Notes under the pieces: model-generated
What the model was told of the DNA's origin: nothing
Database searches by the model: none
Seen by the model: only the letters and a program-made list of their open reading frames with translations
Translations under genes and position numbers: made by a program
DNA from: Nitrososphaerota archaeon
Lineage (GTDB): Archaea; Thermoproteota; Nitrososphaeria_A; Caldarchaeales; Calditenuaceae
Reading direction: 5' to 3'
NCBI GenBank assembly: GCA_041641295.1
Contig: JBEPYO010000001.1
Span: 160,001-224,000 of the forward strand
Length of the DNA stretch: 64,000 nucleotides
Part shown: positions 39,159 to 49,356 of the stretch, in pieces
Layout: every line of letters starts with the position of its first letter
How positions within the stretch are numbered: position 1 is the stretch's first letter

Positions 39159-39672
39159 TCCTCACAAGCATGTCGCTCCACTCACCACAGGAGTCGCAGT
39201 ATCCCTCGAGGTAAGATTCCCTCTTCAAGATAGGCCCACCACTGAGCTTGAACTGCTCCTTTATGACTGATATTATATCCGGAGTGATCTTGAGAACGTC
39301 CTTCAGGCTTATGATTCCCTGGACATTCCCCTTGTAGCTTACTATCAGCCTGCTGATGCCAAGCCTAGTCATCAGCCGGACGGCGTCTTCGATTGTCGCG
39401 GATGGGTCTACTGTTACGAGGGGAGAGGACATTATCTCCTCAAGCTTCACCTCGCTGGGCCTCCTATCCTGAGCCACAACTTTCTCTACGAGATCCCTCT
39501 TAGTCACTATGCCCACAGGCCGTCCATCTTTTCTCACTAATATGCTGCTTATCTTGTACTTGGCCATCATCTCGGCAGCGACGTTTGCTGTGCTCTCAGC
39601 ACCCAACTCTATGACAGGGCTTGTCATTACTTCCCTGACCGTTATCTCCTCGCTCAGGAATGGGCCATCCAA
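39091..39672 (-). CDS. CBS-pair protein with C-terminal Zn-ribbon
   Basis: VREVMTSPV, GIVTKRD, IMSSPLVT; C-terminal CDSCG...LCEEC. Confidence 0.85.
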   Translation of the reverse strand: MDGPFLSEEITVREVMTSPVIELGAESTANVAAEMMAKYKISSILVRKDGRPVGIVTKRDLVEKVVAQDRRPSEVKLEEIMSSPLVTVDPSATIEDAVRLMTRLGISRLIVSYKGNVQGIISLKDVLKITPDIISVIKEQFKLSGGPILKRESYLEGYCDSCGEWSDMLVRIDDQYLCEECRLELEKGSIAGT

Positions 39673-39746
39673 AGAATACTTGATGTAGCCTGATAAAAAC
39701 GTATCCTAACCTAATTCACCGTCGATGAAGAGACACTACTCCCTCC

Positions 39747-41645
39747 TCAGCGCGACCATCTGAGCACGCGGCATCTGCCATAGGGGATGAGGGCTTCGAA
39801 ATCGCTCAGCCTGAAACTGTCTTCTCGAAGCCCTAGTGATTCGGCAACCTTAGCTGCGAGGGCTTTAGCAACCGTGGAGGCGTCTTCTTGGCCAGGCGTG
39901 ATTACGGCGTAGACAACTGCCTCCGACTTGACCCAAGACTCGACACCCACAATCGGGCCAAGCCTCTCAGAATACCCTATACAGATTTGGAGTGGCACGT
40001 GGATGTAGTTTTTGGGAGGCTTAACGATAAACGAGCCTCGGGGAAGATATGTCCCCTGGGGTGGTGTGAAGCTTATCTGATCAGGCCCTACCCAGTATAC
40101 GGACATTGTGGAGAGTCCTTCCCGCCAAGCTCGGCTGAAAGAAGCACAGAGTATGGCAGCCTCGCGTAGCTCTTCTTCTCCAGACCCCGCCCCATCTTTC
40201 AGAATTGCGACAGGCGAGCCCCTAACCTCCGCATGCAAAACGATGTCGCTCTTGTCTAGATGTTTCTTCAGTAGCCGGATGTTTGAGCTGGCGTCTCTCC
40301 CGAGGACGATGAGTCTACCCCCGCTCGTCATTGACCACCTATACCTGTGGAACCATTCTGTACCCCGCCTCCTAACCTCGACAACCGCGGCTGCCTGAGG
40401 GGCTGGGACTTTAGACTTAAGGCGCATGACCTTCTCTTCGAGCTCTGAGATCTCTCTGAGTATGTTCTCTGCACCCTTCATCGTCGTTTTAGCGTTGTTG
40501 AAGAGCCTGTCGATCTGGTCTGTGACCGGTTCCCTGATGCTTAGCTGCACGGTCCTTCCATCTAGCTCGATTGTAGCTACACCAGTGCTTCTGTCCAGAG
40601 ACTTCAAGATCCCGCTTGGCGAGCCGCCTGCCTTGAGCTCGGCCCACAAGTCCTTTAGCTCAGCCAATCTCATATGAAGGATGGATGCTAGTTCCCTGAG
40701 TTCTTGGGCCTTAAGCCTTAGCTGGTCAGCTAGGGCTCTCTTCTCGGCAATTTCCTTTTCAATCTTCCTAATCTCTTCCTCTATTCTCTGTTTATGCTCG
40801 GAGGCCTCAACCGCCCTAGCATAGGACTCGTAGGCTAGGCTAACAGCCTCATTCAGACTGGCTGTGTGGACTTCTTCAAGGCCTTGCATGGATATGTGAA
40901 TGAGTGGGAATGGGGCGAACGCTACATACTCGTCGCCGGTCTTGTATGCTGTGGGTTTCGGGTTTTCAAGCAGTTTAAGAAGGCACTCTACAGTATCAGC
41001 AATCTTCTCTTTATCGCCAGCATCTAGTTCGGCAACCTTTTTGGATGGAGGGATACCAGCCCTCGCCAATACCTCGTTTGAGTATTTAGTGCCCAGTCCG
41101 AACTCTCTTGCAAGGGCCACCCCAATTTTGAGCCTCCCCTCCACACTAGAAAGCAGCCTAAGGGCGTCATCACGTCCGGATACTGTCGCCCTCCTTTCGG
41201 GCCAGGAGTAGGGCTCACCCCTCCTCAGGCTGGTTGATAAAATTACTACACCCCTCTCATCAAGGAGACTTAACCCTCCCCCGGGGAAGACCTCTACGAT
41301 AAGGTCGTACACTGCCCCTCGCCCTTCAAAACGGAGTCTAGCTATCCTTTCACCTGCGACATGCTCGACAGACCTCAGCATACATCCCCTGAGATACTTC
41401 CTAAGCATGGATGCGAAATCGTCTAGTTGGCCGTGGACCGGGTATATGCCTGGTGCGAGAAAGATGGCCTTGCCCGGGACCATTTTTAGGTCTCTTACAT
41501 CCTCCTCACCCCTAAGCCTGAGGATGTATGATGAGTCCACACCCCTGTAAATTTGGGAGACGTATCTTGGATGGGACGCGCTAATCTCCCTAACTAGCAC
41601 GCCCAAGTCTAGGCTGTTTAACTCGAGTCGGGGCTTCTCTAGCAC
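39747..41645 (-). CDS. rqcH: Ribosome quality-control factor RqcH/NEMF (NFACT)
   Basis: N-terminal DL motif, ERIARL, coiled coil, EWFHRYRW, GRDASSN, HAEVRGSP, YLPRGSF. Confidence 0.88.
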   Translation of the reverse strand: MLEKPRLELNSLDLGVLVREISASHPRYVSQIYRGVDSSYILRLRGEEDVRDLKMVPGKAIFLAPGIYPVHGQLDDFASMLRKYLRGCMLRSVEHVAGERIARLRFEGRGAVYDLIVEVFPGGGLSLLDERGVVILSTSLRRGEPYSWPERRATVSGRDDALRLLSSVEGRLKIGVALAREFGLGTKYSNEVLARAGIPPSKKVAELDAGDKEKIADTVECLLKLLENPKPTAYKTGDEYVAFAPFPLIHISMQGLEEVHTASLNEAVSLAYESYARAVEASEHKQRIEEEIRKIEKEIAEKRALADQLRLKAQELRELASILHMRLAELKDLWAELKAGGSPSGILKSLDRSTGVATIELDGRTVQLSIREPVTDQIDRLFNNAKTTMKGAENILREISELEEKVMRLKSKVPAPQAAAVVEVRRRGTEWFHRYRWSMTSGGRLIVLGRDASSNIRLLKKHLDKSDIVLHAEVRGSPVAILKDGAGSGEEELREAAILCASFSRAWREGLSTMSVYWVGPDQISFTPPQGTYLPRGSFIVKPPKNYIHVPLQICIGYSERLGPIVGVESWVKSEAVVYAVITPGQEDASTVAKALAAKVAESLGLREDSFRLSDFEALIPYGRCRVLRWSR

Positions 41646-41679
41646 TGATAATTCAGGGTGGAGTCGTTTTTATCAAGAT

Positions 41680-42327
41680 TTAGGAGAGGGCTTGGAGAAC
41701 ATGTTCGATGTAGTGTATCTCGGGGAGAGCGCCTTCAAACTCTATCTTATCGTTGACGACCGTTTTAGGGACAGCCATCACATGATACTTCTGAGCCAAG
41801 TGCGGAAACTCTATGACCTCTACCATGTCGGCTACTATTTTCGGATTCTCGAGAGCCATTTGGTGTGCGATTCTGACGGCTCGGGGGCAGTAGGGGCAGG
41901 TAGGCGTTACGAAGACCTGTATATGGAGGGGCTTATCCACGGACTTGACCATCTCAAGGGCGCGGGGCGAGAGCCTAGACCTCCCCCTTGAGACGTCCAC
42001 AATGTCTTCTAGCAAGGTTGTAAACTCGTATCCACTGGGGACCCCAAAGAAGCGTATCCACGACTCCCTCTCACCGAGGAGGATTGTCGCAGGTATCTTG
42101 TCTATGCGCCACTTCTCAGCCAAGTCTCTGTCACGCTCTAGGTCGTATATCTCCAGTCTAAGGTTCCCGTTCAGCTCTGCCAGCTCGCTCAGGAGCCGCC
42201 TAGTGACCTCGCAATACTCGCACTCAAACTCCTGCGTGAAGTATAGTATTCGGACAGTGGAGGACACCTCCTCACTTAGCTTCTTCTTCACAAATTCCCT
42301 GTCGCGCGGCTTTAGAATCGAGCTCAC
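41680..42327 (-). CDS. Protein disulfide oxidoreductase (PDO)
   Basis: Two CxxC sites, CEYC and CPYC; GVPSGYEF; MAVPKTV. Confidence 0.92.
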   Translation of the reverse strand: MSSILKPRDREFVKKKLSEEVSSTVRILYFTQEFECEYCEVTRRLLSELAELNGNLRLEIYDLERDRDLAEKWRIDKIPATILLGERESWIRFFGVPSGYEFTTLLEDIVDVSRGRSRLSPRALEMVKSVDKPLHIQVFVTPTCPYCPRAVRIAHQMALENPKIVADMVEVIEFPHLAQKYHVMAVPKTVVNDKIEFEGALPEIHYIEHVLQALS

Positions 42328-42420
42328 AGAATAGACACTCGACTACGAGCCTATAACTATTATCTAAGCCCCCAACTCAGGAGCCAAGGATTAAATTATG
42401 ACGAGAATATCCAATCTCGA

Positions 42421-44457
42421 ATGGTAGTAGAACGGCTGCTGAAGGCGACAGTGGTGGCACCTTCGAGCAGGGCGCAAGACCTTTTAAAGGCACTGGTCCG
42501 TTTCGGAGAGTTTCACCCCACGTCACATGAAGACCAAAAACTCGCAAAGAGGCTTGAACCGCTCTATGAGCGGGCGAGAAGGCTATTCCTTGAGCTTGAG
42601 GCCGCGGCTAGAGAGCTGGAGGTGGAGGCTGGAGGTGGTGTAATAGAAGTCCTCCTGAAGGGAGAGCCTGAGCCCGAGAGTATAAGCGTCAAGGATCTGG
42701 AAGATCTTTTGGACTCTCTAACGAGCCGAGCCCAGCCCATCCTATCGGAGCTGAGAGAGCTGAACAAGAGGATGGAGGAGATTAGGCCGGAGATTGAGAG
42801 GCTGGAGAGGGAGAGGGCTAGGCTCTCCATATATGTCCAGCTAGGCCTAGATCTTTCAAGAATATCACGGCTCAGACACGTATACGCTGGAGCATTCATA
42901 GCCTCGGCCCGCGACCTAGACGAGATAACCAAGTCGCTCGAGGAGGCCTCGGTCGCCTTCAAGCCGATACAGAAGGACACGGTCCTCATAATTATTGTGT
43001 CAAAACCCGTGCATCGGGAGAAGATTGAGAGGGTCTTGAGGACGTTTAACCTGACGCAGGTCGATGTGCGGGTTGATGAGCCTCTTGAGAAGCTCTCTGA
43101 GAAGCTTAGGGAGGTTGAGGAGCGGCTTTCCACGTTGAGGGCTGAGGTCGAGAGTGTAGAGGGGAGGAAGAGGTGGATTCGTGAGGAGAGGGGACGGGAG
43201 ATTGCTACACTGAGAACGCTTGCTCAGGGCATAATCGACTCTGTCCAGAGGTTAAGGGGGGAGAGAGGCAGGCTGCTAGTCCTTGAAGGCTATCTACCTG
43301 AAAGGCTGAGTGGAGACTTCATCCGAGAGGTGGGCGGCATGGCTTACGTCCAATTATACCCAACTACCCACCACCACGGCTCGGAGGAAAAGCCCCCAAC
43401 CCGCCTCAAGAATAACTGGATTACAGAGTCTTTCAAACCCGTTACTCTCATCCAAGGCCCACCCTCCTACTACGAGGTGGACCCAACACCCTTCGTCTCA
43501 GTCTTCCTATCAGTATTCTATGGAGTCATGTTCGCGGACCTGGGGCAGGGCCTCGTCCTAGCCATCCTAGGCCTCATTCTATCCATTAGGGCTAGGAGCG
43601 GTTTGAAGCTGTGGGGGCGGCTCATAATGATGCTGGGAATCTCCTCATCGATTGCCGGCTTCTTCATACAGGAAGCCTTCGGGTTCAAGCTCTCACCAGT
43701 AACCGGAATGAAGCCTATCCTTGAGTTGATTGAGCACCATGGCGAGTCGGCAGCTATTAGCTCGGAAGCAGTCATCAAGCTCTTCACATTCGCCCCACTC
43801 TTGGGCTTCATACATGTCTCAATCGGCCTGGCCATCTCAGCTTACATTCTAATCAAGCACGGCGAGGTGGGGGAGGCTATATTCTCTAAGGCAGCATCAC
43901 TTGGAATGTATGTCAGCGGGCTTCTATTCGCACTAGCATTCATCACTACAAGAGGATTCGAGACCCTACTCACGAGCAGCCAGCCAGTCCCACTCCTAGG
44001 ACTCCCCGCCAGCCTCGTAGGAGCCATAGGTGTTTACGGCCTATTGACCGCCATGGCCCTAATCGTTGGAGGAAGAATTGTTGGATCGTTCATTGGCCTC
44101 TTTCCACGTGGAAGTATTCTCGGGCACTTCGGAACAGGGCTTCTCGAAATACTTGAGAACATTATCCACTTCATGTCGAACACCCTCAGCTACCTCAGGA
44201 TCTCTATTCTGATGATTATTCACGTGGCTCTGATGCTCTTGATTAATGCGGCTTGGGAGGCGCTCGGCCTGGCCTCTATAGGAATCCTCTTGATCGGTAA
44301 CATAGGTGTCATGGGGCTTGAGGGGCTGCTCGTCTTCATACAGGCTCTGAGGCTCCACCTCTACGAGTTCTTCACCAAATTCTTCACGGGTGAGGGTATA
44401 CTCTTCAAACCTCTCTCACTCAACTCTGAGAGGATAAGGGTGGTTTTCAGGGATTAG
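42421..44457 (+). CDS. atpI: A/V-type ATP synthase subunit I (a)
   Basis: Soluble coiled N-half; PPTRLKN, EVDPTP, GVMFADLGQG, NTLSYLRI, LRLHLYEFF. Confidence 0.93.
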   Translation: MVVERLLKATVVAPSSRAQDLLKALVRFGEFHPTSHEDQKLAKRLEPLYERARRLFLELEAAARELEVEAGGGVIEVLLKGEPEPESISVKDLEDLLDSLTSRAQPILSELRELNKRMEEIRPEIERLERERARLSIYVQLGLDLSRISRLRHVYAGAFIASARDLDEITKSLEEASVAFKPIQKDTVLIIIVSKPVHREKIERVLRTFNLTQVDVRVDEPLEKLSEKLREVEERLSTLRAEVESVEGRKRWIREERGREIATLRTLAQGIIDSVQRLRGERGRLLVLEGYLPERLSGDFIREVGGMAYVQLYPTTHHHGSEEKPPTRLKNNWITESFKPVTLIQGPPSYYEVDPTPFVSVFLSVFYGVMFADLGQGLVLAILGLILSIRARSGLKLWGRLIMMLGISSSIAGFFIQEAFGFKLSPVTGMKPILELIEHHGESAAISSEAVIKLFTFAPLLGFIHVSIGLAISAYILIKHGEVGEAIFSKAASLGMYVSGLLFALAFITTRGFETLLTSSQPVPLLGLPASLVGAIGVYGLLTAMALIVGGRIVGSFIGLFPRGSILGHFGTGLLEILENIIHFMSNTLSYLRISILMIIHVALMLLINAAWEALGLASIGILLIGNIGVMGLEGLLVFIQALRLHLYEFFTKFFTGEGILFKPLSLNSERIRVVFRD

Positions 44458-44547
44458 GACGACGCAGTCCCCTGTTTAATCTCTAGACAGGCGTTCTTCT
44501 ACTCTTGGAAATGAGGCACGCAAATATACTCCTGGGCAGGGATTGTA

Positions 44548-45750
44548 GTGGGTGCCTTGCTGGCGATTAAGGGTGGGAAACCGGTCCGCTCAGAGCCGTT
44601 TCCCAGCTGGCCGGTATGGGGTAGGGAGGAAGAGGAGATGCTCCTATCGGTGCTGAGGTCTGGGGTTTGGGGTCTGGGCGGCCAGATGGTGAGGCGGTTC
44701 GGCGAGGAATTTGCAGGCTATGTACGGTGCAGATACGGCGTCCCATGCATGAACGGGACCACAGCCCTGAAAATAGCTCTGAGAGCACTTGGCATAGGTC
44801 CCGGAGATAGAGTTGTGACTACGCCTTACACGTTCCTCGCAACATCCTCAGTAATATTAGAGCTGGGGGCAATACCGCTTTATGTTGACGTTGTTGAGGG
44901 CGGGGTTAATATCGACTCTAGGCTGGTGTGGGAGTCGGTTGATGGCGGTGTCAAAGCTATCCTACCCGTCCATATCGGTGGGCATCCAGTAGAGATGGAT
45001 CTCGTAGAAAAGGCTTCAAAGAGTTTTGGCGTGCCTGTGGTTGAGGATGCTGCCGAGGCTCATGGGGCTGAGTGGAGGGGTAGGAGGATAGGGAGCATAG
45101 GCGTTATGGGGTGTTTTAGCTTCCAGTCCAGCAAAGTCATGACGAGTGGTGAGGGAGGGATAATCACGCTGAACGACCCGGAGCTTGCGGATACGTGTAG
45201 CGCCTTGGTGAACTGTGGGCGAAGGCCTAACAGGGACTGGTACGAGGGCGACCTTCTAGGCTACAATTACAGGATGACAGAGTTCCAAGCGGCTATACTC
45301 TTATCCCAGCTGAGGAGGCTGGACGAGCAGATTGAGAGGCGTCAGAGAAACTTTGAGGAGCTTGCTAGACTCTGCCGAGACCTAGAGGGCTTCAGGCTGA
45401 TAAGGCCTCCCGAGGGAACTGATAGGACTCCCCACTACCTCGTTATCATTCAGGCTGATGGCGGATACTTTAGGAATGTCTCAAAGCAGAAGATTGTGGA
45501 GGCACTTCGCGCCGAGGGGATACCGGCCTCTGTCGGTTGGCCTGTACCTCTATACCGCTTTCCACCAATCAAGAGATACCTCGAGCATCACGGCATCAGG
45601 ATAAGTCCGGGCGAGTTCCCCAACGCGGAGAGGGCGGCTGCCGAGTACCTCTTCGTGCACCACAGAGTGCTGCTAGGTGATAGTAGAGAGGTTGAGGATG
45701 TATACAGAGCCTTAAAGAAGATTGAGCAGCATGCGGGTGATTTGGCGTGA
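44548..45750 (+). CDS. DegT/DnrJ/EryC1/StrS family PLP aminotransferase
   Basis: NGTTAL, YTFLAT, VEDAAEAHG, SFQSSKVMTSGEGG, GYNYRM. Confidence 0.92.
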   Translation: MGALLAIKGGKPVRSEPFPSWPVWGREEEEMLLSVLRSGVWGLGGQMVRRFGEEFAGYVRCRYGVPCMNGTTALKIALRALGIGPGDRVVTTPYTFLATSSVILELGAIPLYVDVVEGGVNIDSRLVWESVDGGVKAILPVHIGGHPVEMDLVEKASKSFGVPVVEDAAEAHGAEWRGRRIGSIGVMGCFSFQSSKVMTSGEGGIITLNDPELADTCSALVNCGRRPNRDWYEGDLLGYNYRMTEFQAAILLSQLRRLDEQIERRQRNFEELARLCRDLEGFRLIRPPEGTDRTPHYLVIIQADGGYFRNVSKQKIVEALRAEGIPASVGWPVPLYRFPPIKRYLEHHGIRISPGEFPNAERAAAEYLFVHHRVLLGDSREVEDVYRALKKIEQHAGDLA

Positions 45751-46997
45751 ACCTTCTGGTCTTTGAGGATGAGGCTTGGCGTAACTTTAAACAGCTCACA
45801 TACATGAGGCCTGTCTATAGGATACTTACCCCCAGCGGCCCCCTAATTAGAAACATTTTGAAAAACTTCAGGGATGTCCAAGTATACGCCTATGCCCGAG
45901 AATACCTGAGTCGGGTGGAGAGTGAGCGCGACCCCCACATGAAGTTCAATTCAAGCCCAGACCAAGATGATGAAGCCCTACTGATTAACGGGCTGGCAAG
46001 GCGGCCTGAACTAGTGGCCTCGCTCGCGGAGAAGACGGTGGGGCGCGAGTTTATCCTCTTAGCTAAGGGTAGGTTTCTAGCAGCTAGGCTTAGGGGTGAG
46101 AGGATTGCAGGGGTTGAGAGGCCCACAGAGATAATTGAGAGGCTGGCCTCGCTTGTGGGTGCCATTGAGACCCTCGAAGCCCCTCCCGAGAGCATATACC
46201 AGTATCCTTGGGAGGTTTTGGACGGCCAGCCGGTATCGGTTCCCCGTATGGGTGAAGAACTCCAGCTTGACAATCGGGTTGCAGTCCTCGGGGACCCGGC
46301 AAACATGTCTATTCCGGCAACCTGCGAGATTGAGCCATTCACAGTAATCGATACGCGGAGGGGGCCAGTAATCCTAGGCGAGGGTGTGAAGGTTGAGTCG
46401 GGGACAAAATTGATAGGGCCGTGCGTGATCGGCGACGACTCGATAGTCTATGGCGGCAGGGTGGGGCCACATCTATACACCGGCCCGGTCTGCCGCATAT
46501 CGGCAGAGATAGAATACACCATAATGTTTGGCTACAGCAACAAACACCACTACGGATACATTGGACACTCAATCATAGGGGAGTGGGTTAACATAGCTGC
46601 GGGAACAACTACGTCTAACCTTAAGACGACTTATGGCGAGATAAAAGTGGTACTCGACGGAGAGGCCATACACACTGGGAGACAATTCCTCGGAGCAGTA
46701 ATAGGTGATCACGTACGCACGATGATCGACACCTCTATAATGACTGGGAAGCTCGTTGGGCCCTTCAACGTTCTCAGCGGTGTTGTAGCCAAGAATATCC
46801 CACCATTCACTGGGATTAATTTCACAAGGGAGATGTATGAGCTCGAGCTGGGGGCCGAGCTTAGGGTAGTGGAGAGGATGATGAGGAGAAGAGGCTTGAA
46901 GCCAAGTGAAAACTACCTCGAGCTTATAAGACATCTCTACGAGCTCACCAGGCCTGAAAGGCAGGGCCATCTGGGGCACAGAAGCGACCATCCTTGA
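45747..46997 (+). CDS. GlmU-like putative sugar nucleotidyltransferase with left-handed beta-helix domain
   Basis: FED...LTYMRPV N-terminus (NTP_transf_4-like), hexapeptide repeats, SNKHHYGYIGHSIIGEWVN, TTTSNLK. Confidence 0.8.
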   Translation: MNLLVFEDEAWRNFKQLTYMRPVYRILTPSGPLIRNILKNFRDVQVYAYAREYLSRVESERDPHMKFNSSPDQDDEALLINGLARRPELVASLAEKTVGREFILLAKGRFLAARLRGERIAGVERPTEIIERLASLVGAIETLEAPPESIYQYPWEVLDGQPVSVPRMGEELQLDNRVAVLGDPANMSIPATCEIEPFTVIDTRRGPVILGEGVKVESGTKLIGPCVIGDDSIVYGGRVGPHLYTGPVCRISAEIEYTIMFGYSNKHHYGYIGHSIIGEWVNIAAGTTTSNLKTTYGEIKVVLDGEAIHTGRQFLGAVIGDHVRTMIDTSIMTGKLVGPFNVLSGVVAKNIPPFTGINFTREMYELELGAELRVVERMMRRRGLKPSENYLELIRHLYELTRPERQGHLGHRSDHP

Positions 46998-48271
46998 GCG
47001 GCGGGACACGCTTTATACTGGTCGGATGCGGCCTAATGGGTAAAAGGCACATCCGGGGGCTCGCAGAGGCTAGACGGCACGGGCTATGCGGGGCGAGGCT
47101 TGTAGGTGTTATCGATAAGGTTTCCGATAGGGCCTCCGAGGCTGCAGAGCTTGCTGAGAGGCTTCTCGGTGAAAGGCCGGCGGTTTTCACATCGCTGGAG
47201 GATGCCGTGGAAGGTGTCGAGTTCGAGGCCGCCGACGTATGCACAGAACCTGCCTCGCACCATCTGGTCGCTGAGCCACTCTTAGAGGCTGGTGTCAGCT
47301 GCCTCGTGGAAAAACCACTCTCAATAACTGTTAGGGGCTGTCGGCGAATATTGGACGCCTCGATCAAGGGTGGAGCAGTGCTGGCTGTTGCGGAGAACTA
47401 TAGAAGAGACCCCGTAAACAGGCTAGCCAAGGCCATCATAGATGGTGGTGAACTGGGCGGCTGGATTGGGGCTCTCCATATAATCGCAGGTGGAGGAGAT
47501 GCTGTTCTACTATCGCCGTGGCGGCATAAACTGTCTGGAGGAATATTGATCGACCTTTGCTGCCACTACATGGATATCTTCAACTATTTTTTCGGCGCGC
47601 CGGAGAGAGTATCTGGGTTCGCGGCACTCCTCAGAAAGGTGAGATACCTCAGAGAAGCTGGAGGGAATGCGGTGAAGAAGACTCCAGTCGAGGCGGAGGC
47701 CGAAGACTTCCTTGACACGACTCTCCACTACCGAGATAACATCGTCGCTAAATTTGTAGCAAACCTTGCTGTCACTGGAGAGGGTGTTTGGCGCAGGCTC
47801 GTCTTCTTTGAGGGTGGCTCAATGGAGATACCGATGGAGAGGACAGGGGAGCCGCTGAGGGTTTCCAAGCCTCTTGACCAAGACTACCTAGAGTTGATGC
47901 CTCACACAGCCTTCCTAGGCCAGAAGCCGGGAGAGCCATATAGCGTCTCACAAACCGCAGCGGAGGAAATATATGACAGGGAGACCAGAGCCCTCTTTCC
48001 CGGAATACTCAACGGATATAAAATGGATTTCTGGGAGGCGGACAGTAAGCTCATAGCACTTGAGCTCGCCGACTTCTTCCGCTGCGTGGAGGAGGGCGGA
48101 GTCCCTGAGACTGGCGGTAGGGAGGGGATGCTCTCCGTAGCGATGGTTGTTGCGGCCCTCGAGTCATCCTATGCAGGAAGAAGCGTTAGGCTCGAGGATG
48201 TGCTGGAACTCAAGGTTGAGGGCTATCAGGCGAGGATAAATCGAGATATAGGCCTAATCTCAGATAAATAG
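46994..48271 (+). CDS. Gfo/Idh/MocA family NAD(P)-dependent oxidoreductase
   Basis: VGCGLMGKRH, LVEKPL, ENYR, GGILIDLCCHYMD. Confidence 0.9.
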   Translation: MSGGTRFILVGCGLMGKRHIRGLAEARRHGLCGARLVGVIDKVSDRASEAAELAERLLGERPAVFTSLEDAVEGVEFEAADVCTEPASHHLVAEPLLEAGVSCLVEKPLSITVRGCRRILDASIKGGAVLAVAENYRRDPVNRLAKAIIDGGELGGWIGALHIIAGGGDAVLLSPWRHKLSGGILIDLCCHYMDIFNYFFGAPERVSGFAALLRKVRYLREAGGNAVKKTPVEAEAEDFLDTTLHYRDNIVAKFVANLAVTGEGVWRRLVFFEGGSMEIPMERTGEPLRVSKPLDQDYLELMPHTAFLGQKPGEPYSVSQTAAEEIYDRETRALFPGILNGYKMDFWEADSKLIALELADFFRCVEEGGVPETGGREGMLSVAMVVAALESSYAGRSVRLEDVLELKVEGYQARINRDIGLISDK

Positions 48272-48291
48272 AGGGGGCGGTGCTATAGGGT

Positions 48292-48918
48292 ATGGTTATG
48301 GAGATAACAGTGGGTGTGGCGTCCTTTCAGGGAGATGTTGAGGAGCACCTAGCAGCATTGAGAGAGGCTCTGAAGAAAACAGGGGTCAAAGGCACCGTCT
48401 CCACCACTAGGCTGCCGGAGGAGATCGAGTCTGTTGACGCTGTGGTAATTCCGGGCGGAGAGAGCACGGTTATAGCGAAGCTCTCCAGCTACAAAAAATC
48501 TCTGGATGTGCTCAAGACGAGGATTAATGAGGGGCTACCCGTGCTCGGTACATGCGCAGGCCTGATAATGCTGGCTAGGCGGGTTTACGACCGCGTAGTT
48601 GGGGAGACTGGACAACCGGTCCTAGGAGTTCTAGACATACTTGTTGAGCGAAACACGTATGGCAGGCAGAAAGACTCGTTCGAAGCCCAGATCGATATAC
48701 CTGCCCTGGGGTTGAAGTCGTTCAGAGCCGTCTTCATAAGGGCTCCGGCAATACTCGAGACAAGCCCGGGTGTAGAGGTTCTAGCCAGCTTGGCGAACAA
48801 GCCCGTTGCTGTGAGACAGGGCAACATAATGGGGACCACATTCCATCCTGAGTTATCCGGGAGCACAGCATTTCACGAGGAGCTGATAAGGCTCGCAACA
48901 GTATACAGGTCTCGATGA
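48292..48918 (+). CDS. pdxT: Pyridoxal 5'-phosphate synthase glutaminase subunit
   Basis: QGDVEEH, IPGGEST, GTCAGLI, RNTYGRQ, FIRAP, FHPEL. Confidence 0.96.
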   Translation: MVMEITVGVASFQGDVEEHLAALREALKKTGVKGTVSTTRLPEEIESVDAVVIPGGESTVIAKLSSYKKSLDVLKTRINEGLPVLGTCAGLIMLARRVYDRVVGETGQPVLGVLDILVERNTYGRQKDSFEAQIDIPALGLKSFRAVFIRAPAILETSPGVEVLASLANKPVAVRQGNIMGTTFHPELSGSTAFHEELIRLATVYRSR

Positions 48919-48964
48919 CCGCATCATGGTAAAATAAGAGGAGGGGGAGAAGTCTTTAGAGGAG

Positions 48965-49285
48965 TTGGGGATAAAGATGCTTGAGAAGCTCTCAGAGAAG
49001 AGGAACGACGTGATTGGTAGAAGCGAGCTTAGGCTCTCGGCAACAGTTGAGGGCGGCACCCCGAGTAGGGGCGAAGTCCTTAAAGCTGTCTCCGATTGGC
49101 TGAAAATCGATGCTAACAGGATATCCATAGTGAAGATAGAGCCGAGCTTTGGCTCCCCAAAATCCCTCATACATGTTAGGGTATACGACTCGCCCCAGAC
49201 GTTAATGTTCGTTGAACCTCGCTACAGGCTTGTCAGGATGGGTGTGATTCAGGCCGAGAAAGGAAAAGGGAAGGCAGCGGCATAG
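48965..49285 (+). CDS. rps24e: 30S ribosomal protein eS24
   Basis: N..IGRSE, GTPSRGEV, SFG, RVYDS, EPRY. Confidence 0.88.
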   Translation: MGIKMLEKLSEKRNDVIGRSELRLSATVEGGTPSRGEVLKAVSDWLKIDANRISIVKIEPSFGSPKSLIHVRVYDSPQTLMFVEPRYRLVRMGVIQAEKGKGKAAA

Positions 49286-49356
49286 GGGCCGCAAACATGT
49301 ATTCACTGGATATGTATTTAAGTAGTCGCCATTTTTCATACGTCAGGTGACCTTAG

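Noticed and set aside
48292-48918. pdxT without an adjacent pdxS as a novel system
   Set aside because: All glutaminase motifs are canonical, and separation from pdxS is a simple rearrangement; pdxS probably lies outside the window
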